NCBI GenBank assembly: GCA_964537825.1
Contig: CAZIDL010000003.1
Location: 9,679 to 73,678 of the forward strand
DNA length: 64,000 bases
Direction of reading: 5' to 3'
Origin: an uncultured Weeksellaceae bacterium
Lineage (GTDB): Bacteria; Bacteroidota; Bacteroidia; Flavobacteriales_D; CAYVSK01
Each line of letters starts with the position of its first letter. Positions within the stretch are counted from its first letter, which is position 1. This document shows, in pieces, positions 35,601 through 44,158 of the stretch. The position numbers and the translations under genes are program-made. The notes under the pieces are model-generated. The model was given only the letters and a program-made list of their open reading frames with translations, ran no database searches and had not been told where the DNA came from.

Positions 35601-36728
35601 ATGGCAGGAACAGAGAAGTCCGAAGATAGGTTAAAGGCTGAACTTTGTTTCAGTCGCATTCCATGGCTGGGCCCTGCTCATGCGCGCAGTCTCATGGAAC
35701 GATTCGGGAGCCCGGAGGAGCTTCTGAAGGCCGACCGACAAGCCCTTTTCAGGGTCCCGGGAATGAACCGTCGGCTGGCCGGGTCGATCCTTCAGGCTCC
35801 TTCTCCGGATCGCTATGCCCAAGAAGCTAATGAGCTTCTGGAACGAGGGATCCGAACGTGGTCCATAGGCGAGCCCGGATATCCCTCGCGCTTATCCATG
35901 TGCCCGGATGCTCCGGTGTTGATCTATGGAAAGGGGGAATTGGACCTTGAGCGCGAACGGATGATCAGCATCGTGGGGACCCGAAGCATCACCCCATACG
36001 GAAAGGAGGTCTGTAGGGAATTGGTAGCTGGATTGGCTTCGCTCGATGTTGGGATCGTAAGCGGATTGGCTTATGGGGTGGATATCCGTGCCCATCGGGC
36101 GGCATTGAGCGAAGGATTGCCGACCATTGCAGTGGCTGGTCACGGGCCGGATCGCGTTTATCCGGTGGATCATGCTCCCGATCTGAAAGAGATGATGGAT
36201 AATGGAGGGATCCTTACGGAATTTCCTCTGGGAAGCACTCCGGATCGTCACCATTTTCCCAGGCGGAATCGTATCATCGCGGGTTTGACGGATTGCACGG
36301 TCGTTGTAGAAACGGGTGAGAAAGGGGGTGCGATGATCACGGCTGATATCGCCCATTCCTATGAGCGGGATGTTCTCGTTTTCCCGGGCCGGGCCAACGA
36401 TATTTCGAGTGCGGGCTGTAACCGGCTCATCAAGGAGCACAAGGGAGCCCTCATCGAAGGGGTGAACGATCTTCTTCATCAAATGCATTGGGAGGAAGCC
36501 GACCAAGCTTCGGAGGATCACCAACGGAAGCTCTTCCTTGAAGACCTGAGCGAGGAGGAGCAGTCCATCGCTCTTGCGGTCGATCGAAAAGAACGTATAT
36601 CCATCGATGGGCTTGCGGCTGAGCTCGAATGGCCCATCGGCAAGCTTTCACCGCTGCTCCTGGACCTGGAATTAAAGGGGGTGCTCAGCTCCCTCCCCGG
36701 CAAGATCTACGTGCGAGCGGACCGATAG
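35601..36728 (+). CDS. dprA: DNA-processing protein DprA
   Basis: 375 aa. SAM-like N-terminal domain, Rossmann-like core (IVGTRSITPYG, SGLAYGVDIRAHRAAL, FPRRNRIIAGL) and a C-terminal winged-helix-like domain. Confidence 0.92.
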   Translation: MAGTEKSEDRLKAELCFSRIPWLGPAHARSLMERFGSPEELLKADRQALFRVPGMNRRLAGSILQAPSPDRYAQEANELLERGIRTWSIGEPGYPSRLSMCPDAPVLIYGKGELDLERERMISIVGTRSITPYGKEVCRELVAGLASLDVGIVSGLAYGVDIRAHRAALSEGLPTIAVAGHGPDRVYPVDHAPDLKEMMDNGGILTEFPLGSTPDRHHFPRRNRIIAGLTDCTVVVETGEKGGAMITADIAHSYERDVLVFPGRANDISSAGCNRLIKEHKGALIEGVNDLLHQMHWEEADQASEDHQRKLFLEDLSEEEQSIALAVDRKERISIDGLAAELEWPIGKLSPLLLDLELKGVLSSLPGKIYVRADR

Positions 36729-36794
36729 GGGGCGCACGGCCCGGGTGAATTTCTTACATTGGACCGATCCAGTACCAAAAAGCAGCTCAATACG

Positions 36795-38162
36795 ATGAGT
36801 CAGGACCAGGCGATCTCTACCCGCACTCAAGAAAAAGTGAATTCGTTCCTCCAGTACATTCAGGAGCGGAGTCCCGGAGAACCCGAATTCCATCAGGCCG
36901 TTCATGAAGTGGCAGAGACCATCATTCCCTTCCTCGAAGCTCACCCGGAGTACAAAGAGGCCAAAGTTTTGGAGCGTCTCTGCGAACCGGAACGCGTTAT
37001 CATTTTTCGAGTGCCTTGGAGGGATGATAATGGGGAACTGCAGGTCCAACGCGGCTTCAGGGTCCAAATGAACAGTGCGATCGGCCCCTATAAGGGAGGG
37101 CTTCGTTTTCATCCGACGGTCGACCTCAGCGTTCTGAAATTCCTCGGGTTTGAACAGATCTTCAAGAACAGCTTGACCACTTTACCCTTGGGGGCTGGTA
37201 AAGGAGGTGCAGACTTCGACCCAAAGGGACGTTCCGATGGGGAGGTCATGCGCTTTTGCCAAAGTTTTATGACCGAGCTTCATCGCCACATCGGAAGCTT
37301 TACGGACATTCCTGCAGGTGATATCGGGGTAGGACCGCGTGAGGTAGGTTACCTCTTCGGCCAATACAAAAGGCTTCGGAACGAGTTCACCGGAGTCCTA
37401 ACTGGTAAGGGCCTTCCCTATGGTGGGAGCTTGATCCGACCGGAAGCCACAGGGTTCGGTTGCGTTTACTTCACCGAGGAAATGTTGAAAGCTCATGGGC
37501 AGCATATCGAAGGAAAGGAAGTGGTGATCTCAGGCTCCGGGAACGTGGCCCAATTCGCGTGTGAAAAGATCATAGAGCTAGGGGGAAAGGTGCTCACGAT
37601 GTCGGATTCATCCGGTTTCGTTCATAGCTCTAAAGGGATCGACCACGAAAAGCTCGAGCGCATAAAATCCATTAAGAACGAGGAACGAGGAAGGATATCG
37701 CAGGCCGCCGAGGAACTGGGACTCGACTTTTACGAAAGCAAGTCCCCCTGGAATGTTCCCTGTCAGGTCGCCTTACCCTGTGCCACGCAGAACGAGATCG
37801 ATGAAGAGGCTGCACGGGAGCTGATCAGTAAAGATGTCCAAGCCGTTGCCGAAGGGGCCAATATGCCTTGCACTCCTGAAGCTATTTCCGCCTTTCAGAA
37901 GAACAACGTGCTCTTTGCTCCGGGTAAGGCATCCAATGCAGGGGGAGTGGCTGTTTCAGGGCTGGAGATGAGCCAGAACGCCATGCGCTACAATTGGGAA
38001 AAGGAGGAAGTGGACCAGAAGCTCCGGGATATCATGCGGAATATCCATGATTCTTGTGTGGAGCACGGGGCGGAGAAATACCGTACGGATTACGTGAAAG
38101 GAGCGAATATTGCAGGTTTTGTAAAAGTTGCAGATGCGATCATAGCGCAAGGGGACCTTTAA
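36795..38162 (+). CDS. gdhA: NADP-specific glutamate dehydrogenase
   Basis: GGLRFHP, GAGKGGADFDPKG, and the GSGNVAQFA dinucleotide fold. The ORF is open from 36759, but ATG 36795 gives about 455 aa as usual. Confidence 0.95.
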   Translation: MSQDQAISTRTQEKVNSFLQYIQERSPGEPEFHQAVHEVAETIIPFLEAHPEYKEAKVLERLCEPERVIIFRVPWRDDNGELQVQRGFRVQMNSAIGPYKGGLRFHPTVDLSVLKFLGFEQIFKNSLTTLPLGAGKGGADFDPKGRSDGEVMRFCQSFMTELHRHIGSFTDIPAGDIGVGPREVGYLFGQYKRLRNEFTGVLTGKGLPYGGSLIRPEATGFGCVYFTEEMLKAHGQHIEGKEVVISGSGNVAQFACEKIIELGGKVLTMSDSSGFVHSSKGIDHEKLERIKSIKNEERGRISQAAEELGLDFYESKSPWNVPCQVALPCATQNEIDEEAARELISKDVQAVAEGANMPCTPEAISAFQKNNVLFAPGKASNAGGVAVSGLEMSQNAMRYNWEKEEVDQKLRDIMRNIHDSCVEHGAEKYRTDYVKGANIAGFVKVADAIIAQGDL

Positions 38163-38301
38163 GAAAAGGGGAATTTGCTTCATCTAAAAAAATGATGGGA
38201 TCAGCTAGCCAATTCCGTTATTGATCTATTAAATTGGGCCAGGCTCTAAGATGCTTTCTAAGCCTCTTAGAGCGGTTCTGAGTATCCATAAAGTAGCGCA
38301 T

Positions 38302-40284
38302 ATGTCCTCCATTAAGCCTTTTATCACGTATGGTGTTCTTCTTTGTTCCGTTCTGGTAGTCTCTCAACGTTCCGTAGCTCAGAGCGTTTCCATCAACACC
38401 ACTGGTAATGCTCCGGACCCTTCGGCGATGCTTCACGTGGAAGCGACGGATAAGGGTTTGATCGTTCCCCGCGTTCAGTTGGACGATTCCACTACAGCAG
38501 CACCTGTTACAGCACCTGCGGAAGGGCTGGTGATCTACAACGAGACAGGGACCGAACCCAAAGGACTTTATTACTGGGACAGCGGCCTTAGTAGTTGGGT
38601 CATGGTCGGCGATGGGGCTCCTGATACTTATTGGGACCGGGATGCTGCCAATGGTTGGCTCTTTCCGAGCACTATTTCCGATAATGTCGGGATCGGTGAT
38701 GCCGATCCAGAAGGAAAGCTCGATGTCCATGGGAGGACCTATATCGGAGGGGATGGGGATGTGATGAACGACAATGCTCCAGGGTTGGACCTGACCATCG
38801 ATGATGACGTGAGCGGTAGCAACACTGGCTTTGAGGTGCCAGGGCCTGATACCCTTGCTTTCTATGCCGGAGGCATCGAACAAGCTCGCATCTTTCCCGA
38901 CGGGGTGATGTCCGTTAATGCCGTTCCCGGAGCCGGGACCCATACTTTCTATTCAGAGGCCGATGCTGGTGGTGGTGATCATGCCATTACGGGGGTTGTT
39001 ACCGGAAGCGGTGTAGGCGTGTTCGGGCAAAGTTTAATGGGGACCGGTTCAGCCGTGGTCGGTCTGGCGGCCAACAGTTCTGCATATGGCGTTGAAGCTG
39101 TGAACCTTGCCGACAATGGAGGCGGGGGTTATGCCTTTGGTGATGATTTCGGTGTTTTATCCTTTGGTGATAGCATCCCAGGGGGAATCGGTCTATGGGG
39201 TGCAGGGAATGGAAAGGGTGCTACGGCACCTAGGAGTGGAGCAGGGGTTGCTGGAGTGGGAGAGACTTACGGTGTTTATGGTCTTGGTGATAGTGTTCCG
39301 GGAGGTATTGGAGTAATAGGTGTCGGCAATGCGATCTCATCTTGGACCATCCCTAACAATGGAACCGGTGTTTTAGGTCATGCAAAGGACTTGGGAGTGG
39401 TAGGGAGTGCAGATAGTGTTCCAGGAGGAATAGGGGTGAGAGGATTAGGCAACGGACTCACTACTGGGATCAGTCCTCCCGAGGGTGCTGGGGTTGCAGG
39501 GAATGGAAATACTTACGGTGTATCAGGCTTTGCAGAGAACACGATCGATGGTATCGGAATACTAGGTGTCGGGAACGGTATCACCTCTATCCCGGTCATA
39601 CCTGATGGGGGCGGTATCCTTGGCGTGGGAGATAGTAGCGGAGTCGTAGGCGTATCAGTGAATTCTACTGATGGGTCTGCGGGAGGACGATTCGGAGCTG
39701 GCGGTGCTATAACCCATAGAGTAGCGACCTATACCGGGGGTACCCTCTATAAGATCCGAGGTCCCGGGAGCGCCTCTACGATAGTCAAGGATGAAAATGG
39801 AGAGCGGGTGACCCTCTTCGCTCCGGAAGCTCCAGAGCCGCTTTTTGAAGATTATGGACGTGATGAACTGGAGAACGGGAAAGCCAGGGTAGAGTTGGAC
39901 CCAACATGGGCCGAGAACATTCAGGTGGATGAGGAACATCCATTGCGGGTCTTCGTCCAAGTAGAAGGGAATTGCAAAGGGGTTTACGTCACCAATAAAT
40001 CCGAAGATGGATTCACCGTCAAAGAATTGGAGAACGGCAGATCAAACGTTCCCTTCACCTATAAGGTCGTGGCTAATCGAAAAGATGTGAGGCGAAAAGT
40101 CGATGGTGAAATGCGGACCATCCACTATGAAGACCTTCGATTCCCTAGTGCTTCAGGCCCGACCAAATTGAAAGAAAAGGAGATGAAAGAACGTGAATGG
40201 AAAGAAGGGGGAGGACTGAAGAAAAAAGAAAAACCCTCCGGAGCTTCTAAGAAAAAGCATATTGAAAGAGCAAAAGAAGAGTAA
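38302..40284 (+). CDS. secreted tail-fibre-like protein with glycine-rich tandem repeats and lysine-rich tail, function unknown
   Basis: Signal peptide MSSIKPFITYGVLLCSVLVVSQRSVAQ.
- N-terminal block SINTTGNAPDPSAMLHVEATDKGLIVPRV...GLYYWD and NVGIGDADPEGKLDVHG, a pattern seen in tail-fibre-like Bacteroidota proteins.
- A Gly/Val-rich repeat region.
- A beta-rich C-terminal domain.
- A K/E-rich tail.
No T9SS C-terminal domain. The ORF is open from 38251. Confidence 0.8.
   Translation: MSSIKPFITYGVLLCSVLVVSQRSVAQSVSINTTGNAPDPSAMLHVEATDKGLIVPRVQLDDSTTAAPVTAPAEGLVIYNETGTEPKGLYYWDSGLSSWVMVGDGAPDTYWDRDAANGWLFPSTISDNVGIGDADPEGKLDVHGRTYIGGDGDVMNDNAPGLDLTIDDDVSGSNTGFEVPGPDTLAFYAGGIEQARIFPDGVMSVNAVPGAGTHTFYSEADAGGGDHAITGVVTGSGVGVFGQSLMGTGSAVVGLAANSSAYGVEAVNLADNGGGGYAFGDDFGVLSFGDSIPGGIGLWGAGNGKGATAPRSGAGVAGVGETYGVYGLGDSVPGGIGVIGVGNAISSWTIPNNGTGVLGHAKDLGVVGSADSVPGGIGVRGLGNGLTTGISPPEGAGVAGNGNTYGVSGFAENTIDGIGILGVGNGITSIPVIPDGGGILGVGDSSGVVGVSVNSTDGSAGGRFGAGGAITHRVATYTGGTLYKIRGPGSASTIVKDENGERVTLFAPEAPEPLFEDYGRDELENGKARVELDPTWAENIQVDEEHPLRVFVQVEGNCKGVYVTNKSEDGFTVKELENGRSNVPFTYKVVANRKDVRRKVDGEMRTIHYEDLRFPSASGPTKLKEKEMKEREWKEGGGLKKKEKPSGASKKKHIERAKEE
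39166..39654 (+). repeat. four tandem coding repeats of 40-41 aa (about 123 nt), glycine-rich
   Basis: The units are:
- GDSIPGGIGLWGAGNGKGATAPRSGAGVAGVGETYGVYGL
- GDSVPGGIGVIGVGNAISSWTIPNNGTGVLGHAKDLGVVGS
- ADSVPGGIGVRGLGNGLTTGISPPEGAGVAGNGNTYGVSGF
- AENTIDGIGILGVGNGITSIPVIPDGGGILGVGDSSGVVGV
More degenerate copies lie upstream. Confidence 0.8.
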
Positions 40285-40300
40285 TAACGCGGGAGTTTCA

Positions 40301-40537
40301 ATGTCCATCGCCAAGGTTTACGATGATGGTCTTCAAAAGCAACCTTTTATGCCTTTCATCCGTTCAAAAGAACCCGCATTTTGGATCTACTGCTTCGATG
40401 ATGGCCGTGGAAGGACGGAAATGGCATTCACAAAAAAAGAAGTTCAATCGATCGTGTTCTTGAGAGACTTGGTATCGAAAATGGGAAGCTTGCCTTTTGC
40501 TAAGAAAGGGGATCAAGACACTTTAAGAACGATCTAA
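40301..40537 (+). CDS. small hypothetical protein (79 aa) between the glycine-rich protein and the T9SS cargo gene
   Basis: ATG 40301 lies 16 nt after the upstream stop, and the stop lies 10 nt before the next ATG. No signal peptide or TM segment and no recognisable motif. Coding status rests on ORF fit only. Confidence 0.45.
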   Translation: MSIAKVYDDGLQKQPFMPFIRSKEPAFWIYCFDDGRGRTEMAFTKKEVQSIVFLRDLVSKMGSLPFAKKGDQDTLRTI

Positions 40538-40547
40538 AGTTCAGCCT

Positions 40548-43500
40548 ATGAACGGATCTTTGTTACCACGCTTCAACACAGCCATTGAAAGGCTCCAAAG
40601 CTTTGCCCTCCTCGTTTTGGGTGGCCTCTTTTTCCTATTTGCTCTACCCTTGCCTTCTCTTGGGCAGTCCGCAAAGCTGATCAACGATGGTGCCCATATC
40701 GTGACCGAATCCGGGGCGACCATATATACCCAGGGAGAAGTTAGAAATCGGGTGAACGGAGGCAATAACGGGACCGTCACGAACGATGGGACCATTCTCA
40801 CAACCCATGCCAACCCGAACAACGCTTCCTATTACAATTTGAACGCGGACGCGATCACGCAGGGGAACGGGACCTTTGAGATCGAAGGGGATTGGGTGAA
40901 CAGCGCCATATTCAACGGTGATATGGGGGAGGTCATCCTTAACGGTCCCAACCAGATGATCACCGGCGATTCCGTTTCTACTTTCAATGATCTCACCCTA
41001 ACAGGTACGGGCACTAAAACCCTCGATCTGGATGCAGAGGTGACCGGCATCCTCGCTCTTACCGATCGACGCCTTCACACCGACACGAACTCCATGTTCG
41101 TGTTGAATACCGCTCCCGGTGCCATTACGCGAAGTCCTGGTCTAACCAATACCGTACAAGGTTTTGTGAGCAGTGATAGCACGGGATGGCTGGTCCGGAA
41201 AATGGACCAAAGCTCCAGTTACCTCTTTCCGGTCGGGGACAGTGTCGGGACCCCTCGTTTCCGACCTGCCGATCTGACGCCGAGCAACACGAATCCACAG
41301 ACGTTCCGGGCACGTCTTAAGAACAGTGATCCCACTCCCGACGGCTATGACGTAACGAACAAAGCAGCCGGGATCGGCCCTGTCAATTCTGACTTTTATT
41401 GGCACATCGACCGGACCAGTGGATCGGATCCCATGAACGTTCAACTCTTTTACGACGAAGCTGTCGATACAGCGGACATGGCCGTCCATTGGGCTGCTCA
41501 ATGGGAGATGATGGGAGCTCCGACCAATACCATGAACGGTTCCCCTCAATTGAGCAGCGTTTCCCATTCCGGATGGAACACTTTTACGCCGGACCCATTC
41601 AACATCGCTGCGAATCCCCTCCAAGTGGATGCTGGGAATGATACCACCATTTGTGTTGGCGATACCGCCCAACTTGATGCTAATGTGATCGGCGGTACCG
41701 GACCTTTCGGGTTCGAGTGGACCCCCTCTACTTATTTGGATGACTCCACCCTTCAAAACCCTAAGGCTCAGGGTGTTATGGATACTATCGAGTATTTCGT
41801 GACCGCCTACGATAGTGCGACCGGTACAACAAGTCAGCCTGACTCGGTAACGGTCTTTATCAGCCCTACCCCGAACGACTCGATCGTACCGGATAGTCCG
41901 GCCACGTGTCCTGGTGATTCGGTCCTTCTCCAAGCTGAAGGTGGGGCAAGCACTTACAGCTGGTCGCCGGACTCTACCCTTACTACGAACAGCGGAGATT
42001 CCACATACTCGGTCCCGGACGATGATGAGACCATCGTGCTCACTGCTGAGAATTCACTTGGTTGTGTCGGAACGGATACGGTGGACATTTCCGTTCAGTC
42101 CGCTCCTGGTGAGCCGGTAGGTACCGCCACCCCGGATACGATCTGCCAAGGGGATAGCTCCACGATAACCGCTACTGGTAGTGGCCCCGGCGTTACTTAT
42201 AACGTTTATGATTCCGCCACCGGAGGAAATCTGATCGGTAGTACGCCTCTTACGGTCGGGCCGATGAGCGATTCCAGTTATTACATCGAGGCAACGCTCA
42301 CAGGAAGTGGCTGTAAATATCCCGGACCACGGGATACGGTCGACATTACGGTACAACCCGCTCCGGCCGCACCTACGGTCACGATCGCTCCCGACACTTT
42401 ATGCATCGGTGATACGACCACCATTTCAGCCACTGGTTCCGGTGCTGGGGTGACCTATGAGGTCTACGACGATTCCGTCGGGGGGAACTATCTTGGGGAC
42501 ACCCCTCTCGACACAGCTCCCGACAGTACTTCGATCTATTACGTCGAAGCTGTTGCCAGCAATGGATGTGCGCCCGTAGCAGGAAGGGTCCCGGACACCG
42601 TGCACGTTGATAGCCTTCCTGATATGAGCGTCGATCCCTCAGCGCCGGTTATCTGTACCGGAGACACGGTTGAACTTGCGGGCTCGGGAGCGGACAGTCT
42701 CTCTTGGAGTCCGAATGTGGATCTGAGCGATACGATCGGTGATACTGTACAGGCTTGGCCCAACTCGGATACCACTTATACGTTGGTCGGAGTCGATTCG
42801 AACGGATGTTCCAACGACACGACCGTGACGGTCAGTGTCGATTCAGCGCCGACCAAGCCTACCGTCAGCATCGTTCCGGATACGATCTGCCAGGGTGATA
42901 GTGCTACCATTTCCGCGTCGGGTTCCGGTGCTGGGGTGGTCTATGAGGTCTACGATTCCTCCATGGGAGGGAATTATCTTGGGAATACCCCACTAACGGT
43001 GGCTCCTATGAGCGATAGCACCTATTACGTCGAGGCCACCCTTTCCGGTGGAGGCTGTTCCTTTGCCGGTGGTCGGGTTTCTGATACGTTGGTCGTGAAT
43101 ATGGCAACGCCTGCTCCCACGGTAACCGCAAACCCGGATACCGTCTGCCCCGGGGATAGCTCCATGATCGATGCGACCGGATCCGGTGCGGGTGTTACCT
43201 ATGAGGTCTATGATTCTGCTACTGGAGGCAATTACCTGGGTAATGCACCGCTCAATGTGGGTGTCGACACCACCACCGACTATTATGTGTCCGCTGTTGG
43301 CTCCAACGGCTGTGATCAGTTAGGAGGACGGGATTCTGTGACCGTCCATACCTATCCGGCGCCGGTCGCCGATGCAGGGCCCGACCGGAATATATGTCCG
43401 GGAGATACCGTGATCTTGAACGCATCAGGTGGAAGCTCCTATGTATGGGGCGATGGAACGACGGATGACTCCAACGAGGTCTCGCCGGATACTAGCTCCA

Positions 43501-44111
43501 ATTATTGGGTGGGGGTTCAGACCGCCGCTGGTTGTTCGGACACGGATAGCGTCGCCATCAATGTGATCCAGCCGGCTTCTTTTGTAGCAGCGGATGACGA
43601 AGGCAGCGTGGAAGCTAAGAAGCAGATCACGGTGGATGTTCTCGCCAACGATACGGGGGTCATCGGTGATTCCGCTATCATCAAAGGGCCTTTCCAGGGC
43701 TCAGCGAACTGGACTAGTGGAGGCATCGAGTATTCAGCCCCCGACAGTAAGGGAGCGGATAGCCTGAATTACAAGGTCTGCAACTTAACCTGTACCAACA
43801 TTTGCGATACGGCAACGGTGAGCATCACGATCGAAGAAGGGGTCGAGGACCTCTTCATTCCCAATGGTGTCTCTGCCGATAGAGATGGTAAGAATGATGC
43901 ATGGGAGATCAGTGGGCTGGAAGCTTATCCGGAGAACAGTGTGAAGATCTTCAACCGTTGGGGGGATCAGGTTTACAGTGCTGATCCCTACAAGAATGAT
44001 TGGAGTGGTGAGGGCAAGAACGGAAAGGTGCTCGAGGGAACTTACTTCTACGTGCTCGACCTTGGCCCTGAAGAAGGGAAGAAAACGGGCTTTATCGAAT
44101 TGCGCCGCTAA
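40548..44111 (+). CDS. giant cell-surface protein with T9SS type-B C-terminal sorting domain
   Basis: 1187 aa.
- Signal peptide.
- N-terminal region of about 350 aa.
- Eight Ig-like modules of two kinds.
- A cadherin-like segment (ITVDVLANDTG).
- C-terminal LFIPNGVSADRDGKNDAWEI...IFNRWGDQVY...DWSGEGKNG..LEGTYFYVL domain (CHU_C / type-B CTD, nt about 43842-44108). Confidence 0.9.
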   Translation: MNGSLLPRFNTAIERLQSFALLVLGGLFFLFALPLPSLGQSAKLINDGAHIVTESGATIYTQGEVRNRVNGGNNGTVTNDGTILTTHANPNNASYYNLNADAITQGNGTFEIEGDWVNSAIFNGDMGEVILNGPNQMITGDSVSTFNDLTLTGTGTKTLDLDAEVTGILALTDRRLHTDTNSMFVLNTAPGAITRSPGLTNTVQGFVSSDSTGWLVRKMDQSSSYLFPVGDSVGTPRFRPADLTPSNTNPQTFRARLKNSDPTPDGYDVTNKAAGIGPVNSDFYWHIDRTSGSDPMNVQLFYDEAVDTADMAVHWAAQWEMMGAPTNTMNGSPQLSSVSHSGWNTFTPDPFNIAANPLQVDAGNDTTICVGDTAQLDANVIGGTGPFGFEWTPSTYLDDSTLQNPKAQGVMDTIEYFVTAYDSATGTTSQPDSVTVFISPTPNDSIVPDSPATCPGDSVLLQAEGGASTYSWSPDSTLTTNSGDSTYSVPDDDETIVLTAENSLGCVGTDTVDISVQSAPGEPVGTATPDTICQGDSSTITATGSGPGVTYNVYDSATGGNLIGSTPLTVGPMSDSSYYIEATLTGSGCKYPGPRDTVDITVQPAPAAPTVTIAPDTLCIGDTTTISATGSGAGVTYEVYDDSVGGNYLGDTPLDTAPDSTSIYYVEAVASNGCAPVAGRVPDTVHVDSLPDMSVDPSAPVICTGDTVELAGSGADSLSWSPNVDLSDTIGDTVQAWPNSDTTYTLVGVDSNGCSNDTTVTVSVDSAPTKPTVSIVPDTICQGDSATISASGSGAGVVYEVYDSSMGGNYLGNTPLTVAPMSDSTYYVEATLSGGGCSFAGGRVSDTLVVNMATPAPTVTANPDTVCPGDSSMIDATGSGAGVTYEVYDSATGGNYLGNAPLNVGVDTTTDYYVSAVGSNGCDQLGGRDSVTVHTYPAPVADAGPDRNICPGDTVILNASGGSSYVWGDGTTDDSNEVSPDTSSNYWVGVQTAAGCSDTDSVAINVIQPASFVAADDEGSVEAKKQITVDVLANDTGVIGDSAIIKGPFQGSANWTSGGIEYSAPDSKGADSLNYKVCNLTCTNICDTATVSITIEEGVEDLFIPNGVSADRDGKNDAWEISGLEAYPENSVKIFNRWGDQVYSADPYKNDWSGEGKNGKVLEGTYFYVLDLGPEEGKKTGFIELRR
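41616..43571 (+). repeat. eight tandem Ig-like coding modules (order A-A-B-B-A-B-B-A) inside the cargo gene
   Basis: Type A modules read C.GD...L.A.GG..Y.W.P. Type B modules read PDT(I/L/V)C.GD(S/T)..I.A(T/S)GSG.GV.Y.VYD(S/D)..GGN..G..PL.....D...YYV.A....GC. An 18-nt identical run, ggttccggtgctggggtg, occurs at 42435 and 42921. Confidence 0.8.
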
Positions 44112-44158
44112 AACAGCAGCGTGATGAAATGAGCTGATCATTTTAAAAGTCAGGCGTT

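Noticed and set aside
38243-38273. 8-bp inverted repeat GCTCTAAG...CTTAGAGC upstream of the glycine-rich protein start
   Set aside because: The 15-nt loop and AT-rich stem are of marginal stability. It could be an operator or a leader structure, but nothing else supports a function.
38218-38943. 241-aa minus-strand ORF, and similar ones at 41142-41933 and 42054-42356, opposite the fibre-like and cargo genes
   Set aside because: The + strand frames carry signal peptides, ordered repeats and a T9SS sorting domain. The antisense translations are Gly/Pro/Arg-rich mirror images of those repeats.
39166-43571. Regularly spaced DNA repeats, considered as a possible CRISPR array or other non-coding tandem array
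   Set aside because: The repeats are in frame, 123 nt or about 250 nt long, diverged at third positions, and encode coherent protein modules. They have neither short identical direct repeats nor unique spacers, and no cas genes are present in the window.
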